DNA of 63,482 bases, counting the filler, from Myxococcota bacterium (lineage in GTDB: Bacteria; Myxococcota_C; UBA6777), in NCBI GenBank assembly GCA_023150835.1. It is 3 parts of 3 records of this genome, joined end to end, with 100 filler letters (N's around TTAATTAATTAA, not from the genome) between each part and the next. Parts side by side here need not be neighbours in the genome. Positions count along the whole stretch, not along the records: positions 56,911 to 63,482 come from JAKLKB010000024.1; 2 more parts are not named here. One strand, 5' to 3'. The notes under the pieces were generated by a model. The model was not told the DNA's origin and did not search any database. It saw only the letters and a list, made by a program, of their open reading frames with translations. A program made the translations under genes and the position numbers. Every line of letters starts with the position of its first letter. The first letter of the stretch is position 1. This document shows positions 56,911-63,482 of this stretch, piece by piece.

Positions 56911-58139
56911 AAGCCGACAGCAAGAAGACCATCGCGCCATTGTGCGCGGAGGGTGTGGTTGTGTTTTTGGGTGTGTGGTTGGCCCAAGGCGATCAGGAGT
57001 GCGGTTTGGAGCCAAAAGGCGGAAGTAGCGAGCCAGAGGAGTTGTCGAGCGATGATCCATGTGGGGCTTGGGTGGTAGCCCGCGACACGAAGCACAGAGA
57101 AGACCGCGCCTTCAAAGGCCAAGAGCAAGAGTCCAGCGATCCCAGATTGGAGAAAGTTTCGCCAAGGATGATCTTTGTCAAACCAAGCAGGTCGCCAGTC
57201 GACGCTGAGCGCCCAAGGAGGGAGTTGGAGCGGCTGGTTTTCATCGAGTTGAAGGGTTTGGAGATGCTCCATCTCTTGGGGATGTTTGAGGTGTGCGGTG
57301 TATTCTTGTGGATGTTGGGACCAAGACCAGAGATGGAGGGCGATCACGAAGATCGCGGCGGCAAGGACAAAAGGAGCGCCGATCAAGAGGCCGACGCGCA
57401 AAGCGCCGCCCGAAAAGAAAGGAGCCGCAAGGGGCATCGCCAAGAGGTAAGCCCAAAGAGCGATCTGCAAAGCGCGGGTTTCTGTGGTGGCGATCTGAAA
57501 GCGCGAAGCAGGCAAGAGCAAAGCGAGGACAGGAAGCAAAAGCCCCAAACCAAGGAAGAGATCGAGGAAAGCACTCGAAAAGATATCGGCAGTCAAAGAG
57601 AACGAACAGAAGCCAAGCAAGCCGAGCGAAAGCGTCCACATCCCCGCACAAAACAGCCAAAAGCTGACGGAGTTTTGGAACCATGATGTTTTGGGGAAGT
57701 TGGCGACAAAGATCCCAAGATGAAGCAAAGCGCTACAGAGCAAAAAGCCGTAGGCTACAGGAGACCACGGCAGATTGGGGCGGATGGTGAATTCGCCAAA
57801 CAAAGTGAACAAGACACCAACGAAGACGCCCATCTGCCAGAGCCAGAAGGCGACTTCCCACAGCGGGAAGAAGGCAAAGGTCGAACGATGAAGCGAGCGG
57901 ACGCGCAAGAACCACGCCCCAAACAAAAGAGGAAAGCAGCCACCAAAGACCAACAGGTTGGTCGTGGAAAAGCTTAGCCGCCCAAAGGGAAGGATGGTGA
58001 AGTGTTCGAGCAAGGCGGGCCAGAGATGTTGTATCGTGGCGAAGAAGCCCGCCAAGCTACCGAGCGCAAGCCAGCCAAGGGCAGCGCGCAGATTCCATTG
58101 CCAGATGCGTTGTTGAAATTCTTCGGTACACCAGATCAT
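56911..58139 (-). CDS. divergent cbb3-type oxidase subunit I (CcoN)-like membrane protein lacking the His ligands; 3'-truncated
   Basis: QHLWP...FGRLSFSTTN..FGG, FWLWQ and AFEG...W align by eye to CcoN QLAWP...FGRLRPLHTN, FWGWQ and TFEG...DWTIGHVH. Confidence 0.7.
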
Positions 58140-58300
58140 GTGTTTTGTCTCGTGCGAGGGTAGGCGGTTGAGGCCACAAAAAAAGCAGGCGGCAAAGCCA
58201 AGTCGTGCGGTGGGATGGGATGGATGGAACGGAGGTACCGCAAGGATTGGGTTTGCGATGTGTGGTGGGATTGTATTCGTTCGGCGCGTTCGGTCAAGCA

Positions 58301-58528
58301 AGAAGAACAAGGCTGCATCGATTTTCGTGCGTGTAGCGGTGTTGCAAAGGAAGGGTGAGAAGAGCAAGGCTGCATCGATTTTCGTGCGTGTAGCGGTGTT
58401 GCAAAGGAAGGGTGAGAAGAGCAAGGCTGCATCGATTTTCGTGCGTGTAGCGGTGTTGCAAGGGAAGGGCGAGAAGAGCAAGGCTGCATCGATTTTCGTG
58501 CGTGTAGCGGTGTTGCAAGGGAAGGGCG
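58301..58528 (+). repeat. 4 x 57-bp near-perfect tandem repeat in a divergent intergenic region
   Basis: AGAAGAGCAAGGCTGCATCGATTTTCGTGCGTGTAGCGGTGTTGCAA(A/G)GGAAGGG(T/C)G; no spacers. Confidence 0.95.
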
Positions 58529-58624
58529 AGATCTGGCCTCTTGCGGATGATGGAGTCGCGGGTTATCAAAGAGTGTTGGTTTAGGTGTGAAGAAGGCGGA
58601 TTGAGTCGGGAGAACAAGCTGCGG

Positions 58625-61279
58625 ATGCCGAAGCAAAGTTGGCAACCATGTTGGTCGTGTGGGAACAGTGTGGCGTTGGGAACACGCCGTTGTCCTCATT
58701 GTGGGGCATCGCAACAACGCGAGCAGACCGATCATCTATCAGGTCGATACCTCGGGGGATATCAGTTGGTTCGCCGCATCGGGCATGGCGGGATGGGGAT
58801 GGTGTACGAAGCGGTTCACTTGCAATCAGGTTATCATTACGCGCTCAAGATCTTGCATCCGCAGATCTGCGAGGACGAAGTGATGATCGAGCGGCTTCGT
58901 CGAGAGGCGCAGATCGCAACGACGCTGCGGCACAAGCACCTTGTGGAAGTGTACGAGTTGGGATTCGACGAGGGGTTGGGTTATTTCCTTGTGATGGAGT
59001 TGTTGCAAGGGGATGAGTTGGCATCGTTGATGGCGAGCTATCCCGTGATATCGCTCGGTCGGGTGAGGGAGATCGTGGCGCAAGTGTGCGATGGTTTGGA
59101 GACAGCGCACCGTTTTCATGTGGTGCATCGGGATCTCAAGCCGGGGAATGTGTTTTTGTTGCAGCCCGAAAGCGGCCATGCGTACGTCAAGCTGCTGGAC
59201 TTTGGGATCGCAAGGATCTTTGCCCAAGAAGGGCAGGCGCAACAGCTTACAGGGATGGGTTCTTCGTTGGGTACGCCCGATTATATGCCGCCTGAACAGA
59301 TCATGGGAAAGTTGGACACGATCGGGCCTTCGTCGGATATCTACTCGCTTTCCGTGATGATCTTTCGGGTGTTGACGGGCGTCTTGCCGCTCGACGGGCG
59401 GAATCTACTCAAGCTACTCAACCAAGTGATGTTCAAAAAGCCGCCGCGCCTTTCGGATTATGCGCCGATCTTCCAAGGCTCTTGGTTGGAAGATCTGATC
59501 TATCAAGGGATGGCAAAACACCCGCACGAACGGCCCCAAAGTATCGAAGAGTTTTCCTCGCGTTTTGAAGAAGCCTTAGAAGGCGATCCGCGCTTGTACC
59601 CGTTGCTCGAAGAGGGAAGTCGCCCCGGCTGGACTCCCAACCACCAAGTCCTCAAGGCCGAAGAAGGCGCAGGAGAAGAGGCGGACGAAGCTTGGATCGA
59701 ACAAGAGCATCCACCGAGTTTTCATTTTGGCGGTGAAACCTACCGATTTGAAGGCTCGGAGTTGATCTCGGATAGCTCGGATCATCAGACGGCGATCTCT
59801 CGTGTACCCGAAGTGGCGACAAGGGGTGGGGCAGAAGAGGCTGTGGATGCGGAGCTAGAGCAAGGTGTTTTGTACGGTGGTTCAGCACAACACGCCAGTC
59901 ACGGAGGGCATGAGTCGCCAGATCTGCCTGCGAATGGATACCGTCACCCTTCGATGGTTCCGGGATATGGAGACGATGAAGAAGGGCCGACACGGGTGAG
60001 TCGAGGTGAAGCGGAGAACCTTCCCACAGGTTCAATATCGAACGCATCGACAGGATCCGCATCCAAAGCACCGAGCGGCTCGGCCTTGGGAGGACCCGCA
60101 GGGGCAGCGCTTGGTGAGAGCGGACCCACCTATCCTGTGGGGGTGCGCGCTGAGTCCGAAGGCAAGGGCGCTTTTTCACGAGCCGCAAACCGAGCGACGC
60201 CGTTGTGGGAGGCGATGGGTGGGGTTCCGCAAGAAGCGGCTTCGAGCAAAAAGCTGAGAGCACCGACCTCTTCGTCATCGATCGCGATCCCGCCCGCATC
60301 GCCCGCGACCGCTTCGACTGCGGGGGCTTTTTCGCCCGCATCGCCCGCGACCGCTTCGACTGCGGGGGCTTTTTCGCCCGCAACACCGTCCCCTGCATTT
60401 GCGCCGGCTTCTCCACCTTCTCCACCGTATTCACCGCCGCCTCCGTCTCCGTCTTCTGCACCTTACGCTGCGCAAGAGTCCGTGTCGAAGATCGACGAAC
60501 CCACGCGCAGCGTCCGCGTTCAACGCAACGTGCCGCCCTCGTCCTTGTTGGCGGATATGGCGGAGCTTGCTTCGGCTGCTCCTTCGGAAGCCACAGCGTT
60601 GTTGAAACCCTCGGAAGCGACAGTGATGTTGCCAGCGGGAGCATCGTTGACGCCGACGGAGTCGACGGTGATGTTGCCAGCGGGCTCGGTGGCTTCGGGT
60701 GGGCCAACCGTTCAGACGGCCCGTAGCGGTGGAAAAACAACGGTCGAGCGGAAGTCTTCGCGGGTTCCCAAGCCATTGGCGGGAGGGATGGACGTGAAGG
60801 AGGGCGATGCAGGTTCGCCGTTGATGACAGCGCGTCTTCGTGTGAGTGAGCCTGTTGCAGCCAAGCCACCGTCGGGACTGGGGAGTTTGTTGCTTGGATT
60901 TTTGTTTGGGATCTTTTTGATCGCGGGAGTCTTGGTGGCGTGGTGGATGATGCGGGGGTTTTGGACAGAAGGCGGGCAGGGCGGAGCCGATGCACAAGCC
61001 GCCAAGCAGGATTATCGGCTGGAGATCCGCAGTCAGCCCGAAGGGGCGCGAGTGATGGTGCAAGGCCGATTCTTGGGGAATACGCCGATCGTGGTCACGC
61101 GCAAGTCAGGGGATATCTTGGACTTTGTGGTGCTCAAAAACGGCTATTCGATGGCGGCAGAAACATGGGAAGCACAGAAAAATGAGACGCGCCGCGTGAT
61201 CTTGTTGAAGACAGGGCCTCAACGCCCTCAACCGCCCCAGCGCTCGCCATCTCGGACGCCCTCCCTTCCAAGGAACTAA
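58625..61279 (+). CDS. Hanks-type Ser/Thr protein kinase with N-terminal Zn ribbon, long disordered linker, TM and PEGA domain
   Basis: CWSC...CPHC; GHGGMGMVY, ALKIL, HRDLKPGN, DFG and GTPDYMPPE motifs; PEGA-like IRSQPEGARVMVQGRFLGNTP. Confidence 0.93.
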   Translation: MPKQSWQPCWSCGNSVALGTRRCPHCGASQQREQTDHLSGRYLGGYQLVRRIGHGGMGMVYEAVHLQSGYHYALKILHPQICEDEVMIERLRREAQIATTLRHKHLVEVYELGFDEGLGYFLVMELLQGDELASLMASYPVISLGRVREIVAQVCDGLETAHRFHVVHRDLKPGNVFLLQPESGHAYVKLLDFGIARIFAQEGQAQQLTGMGSSLGTPDYMPPEQIMGKLDTIGPSSDIYSLSVMIFRVLTGVLPLDGRNLLKLLNQVMFKKPPRLSDYAPIFQGSWLEDLIYQGMAKHPHERPQSIEEFSSRFEEALEGDPRLYPLLEEGSRPGWTPNHQVLKAEEGAGEEADEAWIEQEHPPSFHFGGETYRFEGSELISDSSDHQTAISRVPEVATRGGAEEAVDAELEQGVLYGGSAQHASHGGHESPDLPANGYRHPSMVPGYGDDEEGPTRVSRGEAENLPTGSISNASTGSASKAPSGSALGGPAGAALGESGPTYPVGVRAESEGKGAFSRAANRATPLWEAMGGVPQEAASSKKLRAPTSSSSIAIPPASPATASTAGAFSPASPATASTAGAFSPATPSPAFAPASPPSPPYSPPPPSPSSAPYAAQESVSKIDEPTRSVRVQRNVPPSSLLADMAELASAAPSEATALLKPSEATVMLPAGASLTPTESTVMLPAGSVASGGPTVQTARSGGKTTVERKSSRVPKPLAGGMDVKEGDAGSPLMTARLRVSEPVAAKPPSGLGSLLLGFLFGIFLIAGVLVAWWMMRGFWTEGGQGGADAQAAKQDYRLEIRSQPEGARVMVQGRFLGNTPIVVTRKSGDILDFVVLKNGYSMAAETWEAQKNETRRVILLKTGPQRPQPPQRSPSRTPSLPRN

Positions 61280-61289
61280 TGTTGCTGTG

Positions 61290-61356
61290 TGAGTATGTCC
61301 GTCCGCTGCTCGATGTCCCGATACACGGGCGGTTCGCGAACCGCCCCTACGCAAAC
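61290..61356 (-). repeat. extended REP family B
   Basis: Near-identical to ~34715-34782. Confidence 0.8.
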
Positions 61357-61657
61357 TTCTGTTGTTGTGTGAGCGTGTCAGGGGAGGGAGAGAAAGTCGG
61401 AGGCAGCGAGGTTTTGGTTTTCCATGCCGCACGCTGTGGACGGGTTTCGTATAACGTTCTCAAACAAGACTGAGACAGGCCGAAGAAGTAAGCAGGGGAC
61501 AGGCGTTCGTAAGAGAAAGCATCGAGGTGGTGTTTTTTTTGTTTGGTTGTTTTGAGCGGGTGTGGTACATCTTGCGCCCAAAAACGAAGGCTTGTGAGAT
61601 CTCGATCAAGCCGGGTTTGAGTGGAGAAAAGTCCCGTAGGATAGGGGAAAGACAACG

Positions 61658-62365
61658 ATGCACGATCCAGAGCGCAACCCAGAACAAGCCTCACCGAAAA
61701 CTGTCGAAGGCGAACGTATCGCTGCCGAGGCGCTTGTCGCAAGTGGGGAGAAGGCAGCCGAGGAAGCTGAGACGCTCGTTGAAGGCGAAGGCATCGCAGC
61801 CGAGGAAGCCGATCTCGAAGTGCCAGAGTTTGATGAGTTCGAGACGATCGAGGGGGAAGAAGGCCGTCGAGAAGGAGCGGTGTTTGTGGAACGCAGTACA
61901 CGTGGGGCGTGGATCGTGATCGGCTTGACGTTGTGTCTGTCGTTTGGTTTGGCGTTGTTTTCTTACTCGCAATTAAAGACGTCCTCGCGTTATATCGAGT
62001 CTTCGGTGTATGGGTTTACGGAGTACGGCAAAAAGCTCGATGTTGTGGGCTGCGCAGAGAAAGCGTTGCAATGGAACCAGCAATGTACGGCCCTCAAGAG
62101 TTTGTGTGTGGCCTCGCTGCAACGACTGGTGGGTGCGTGTTTGAACGCAAAGCAACGCATGGAAACATGCAAGCAAATGAATCTGGGGCGAAACCAAGGG
62201 AACTTTACGTTCATGCGCTGCAAGCCCAAAAATCTGCAACGCGATCGAGACGCCAAAAAAGCCTGTGCGTATGCGTACGGGGCGGTGTGGAGTTATTGTC
62301 ATCTGGTCCGTCGCCTTGGGAAAAAAGGTCTGCCGATGCCTGTGATCGTCGCGCCAGCGAAATAA
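61658..62365 (+). CDS. hypothetical membrane-anchored protein (acidic N-terminus, TM, 8-Cys periplasmic domain)
   Basis: ORF composition; co-oriented 15 bp upstream of the heme o synthase gene. Confidence 0.7.
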   Translation: MHDPERNPEQASPKTVEGERIAAEALVASGEKAAEEAETLVEGEGIAAEEADLEVPEFDEFETIEGEEGRREGAVFVERSTRGAWIVIGLTLCLSFGLALFSYSQLKTSSRYIESSVYGFTEYGKKLDVVGCAEKALQWNQQCTALKSLCVASLQRLVGACLNAKQRMETCKQMNLGRNQGNFTFMRCKPKNLQRDRDAKKACAYAYGAVWSYCHLVRRLGKKGLPMPVIVAPAK

Positions 62366-62380
62366 AGAAAGAGGTTGATC

Positions 62381-63301
62381 ATGTCATCCGTTCAAACCGC
62401 GAGTGTGATGCCGATACCTGCGATCCATCCGCCTGCTTGGCGTGATTATCTAACGTTGACCAAGCCTCGTATTACAGCGATGTGCCTGATGATGACGGCG
62501 GGTGGGTATTGGCTGGCGATGAGCCGTTTTTCTGGGCTGCATCTGCTGTGGACTTTGCTCGGAAGTGCGGCGGTGGTGGCGGGTTCTTGCGTGCTGAATA
62601 TGTACGCAGAGCGCGAGAATGACAAAAAGATGCGTCGAACAGCCCAACGCCCCCTTCCTGCGGGTCGGATGGCGGCATGGAAAGCGCTGGTGTTTGGCGT
62701 GGTTCTTTCGCTCGCAGGGACGGCGTTGTTGGCGGTGTTTGTGAATGTGTTGACGGCCTCGTTGGGAGCGATCGCGCTGTTTTCGTATGTGGGGCTGTAC
62801 ACGCCGCTCAAGCGCAAGACTTCGCTGTTTTTGTTGATCGGCACGATCCCGGGAGCGATACCTCCGTTGATGGGTTGGACCGCTGCGACGGGCGCGATCG
62901 AGTTGCCGGGCATGATGTTGTTTTTTGTGCTGTTGGCGTGGCAGCTACCGCATTTTCTGGCGTTGTCGTTGGTGTGCGAACGCGATTACGAGCAAGGCGG
63001 GATCCAGATCGTGTCGTTGGTACGTGGCGAGCGGAATGCCCGATTGCAAGCGTTGTTTTATTCGGTGATCTTGCTGGGAGTGAGCCTTGCGCTGGTGCCG
63101 TTTAAGGTGGCGGGTTGGTTTTATTTTTTCGCGGCGTTGGGGTTGGGGGTGTGGTTTTTGGTGATCGCGTTGCAGGGCTTGTCGGCTACGGCTCCAAAGC
63201 GTTGGGCGCATCGCTTTTTTTATGCTTCGTTGATCTATTTGCCGGCCTTGACAGGCGCATTGATGATCGACGCGATGATCCGCTTTTCTTATGGCGCATA
63301 A
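62381..63301 (+). CDS. cyoE: protoheme IX farnesyltransferase (heme o synthase)
   Basis: LTKPRI, NMYAERENDKKMRRTAQRPLPAGR, YTPLKR, PGAIPPLMGW and WQLPHF motifs. Confidence 0.95.
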   Translation: MSSVQTASVMPIPAIHPPAWRDYLTLTKPRITAMCLMMTAGGYWLAMSRFSGLHLLWTLLGSAAVVAGSCVLNMYAERENDKKMRRTAQRPLPAGRMAAWKALVFGVVLSLAGTALLAVFVNVLTASLGAIALFSYVGLYTPLKRKTSLFLLIGTIPGAIPPLMGWTAATGAIELPGMMLFFVLLAWQLPHFLALSLVCERDYEQGGIQIVSLVRGERNARLQALFYSVILLGVSLALVPFKVAGWFYFFAALGLGVWFLVIALQGLSATAPKRWAHRFFYASLIYLPALTGALMIDAMIRFSYGA

Positions 63302-63362
63302 TCCGATCTCCGAGAGATGCGCGATCGAGATACCAGCAGGATTTGCTGTGGCAGTCCTTTTG

Positions 63363-63482
63363 TTGGGCAGCCACACCTTGCTGCCCCTACATTTGTATGG
63401 TCGCATGATGTAGGGGCGGTACGCGAACCGCCCGATTCTTGGGCAGCCACAGGGGGCTGCCCCTACATTTGTATGGTCGCAT
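63363..63482. repeat. BIME-like REP cluster (REP-A / REP-B / REP-A with repeated linker ATTTGTATGGTCGCAT)
   Basis: REP-A at 63363-63390 and 63439-63466; REP-B at 63410-63433. Confidence 0.85.

Noticed and set aside
58140-58481. N-terminal extension of the CcoN-like ORF through the 57-bp repeats
   Set aside because: The frame stays open only because the unit is a multiple of 3; CcoN similarity starts just after the ATG at 58139.
58301-58528. CRISPR array
   Set aside because: Units are contiguous and near-identical, with no unique spacers and no cas genes.

Overview
This window is three contigs joined by two artificial 100-nt N/TTAATTAATTAA linkers (28479-28578, 56811-56910), so adjacency across the linkers carries no meaning. 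Gene content points to a Myxococcota/Deltaproteobacteria-like genome: a RomR-like C-terminus, Cys-rich 'EIC..G.D..CDG..D' surface proteins, an ECF/FecR pair and a Ser/Thr kinase with PEGA domain. Housekeeping or well-known genes include tRNA-Sec, thiolase, enoyl-CoA hydratase, trmB, HAD-IG 5'-nucleotidase, an M16 peptidase, tkt, two Omp85 paralogs, a fused MFS/spermidine synthase, heme o synthase and a type II R-M pair. Most interesting signals: (1) a dispersed ~125-nt element in 10 intergenic copies plus one in-frame remnant, whose variable segments covary to keep a four-stem structure; (2) NadC fused to an FlhA/SctV-type (FHIPEP) cytoplasmic domain; (3) a low-GC cassette of two paralogous atypical XRE-HTH genes bracketing an unknown gene and a membrane-anchored Lon-like Ser-Lys protease; (4) a ~1590-aa SF1 helicase with a RelE-like N-terminus; (5) an isoprenoid-synthase-fold/DUF5685/Sel1/hydrolase operon; (6) a CcoN homolog that has lost all His metal ligands; (7) a 116-bp MITE with TIRs and a 6-bp TSD carrying a REP, plus an IS200/IS605 tnpB right end/omegaRNA. 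All family assignments come from motif recognition by eye; no searches were run.
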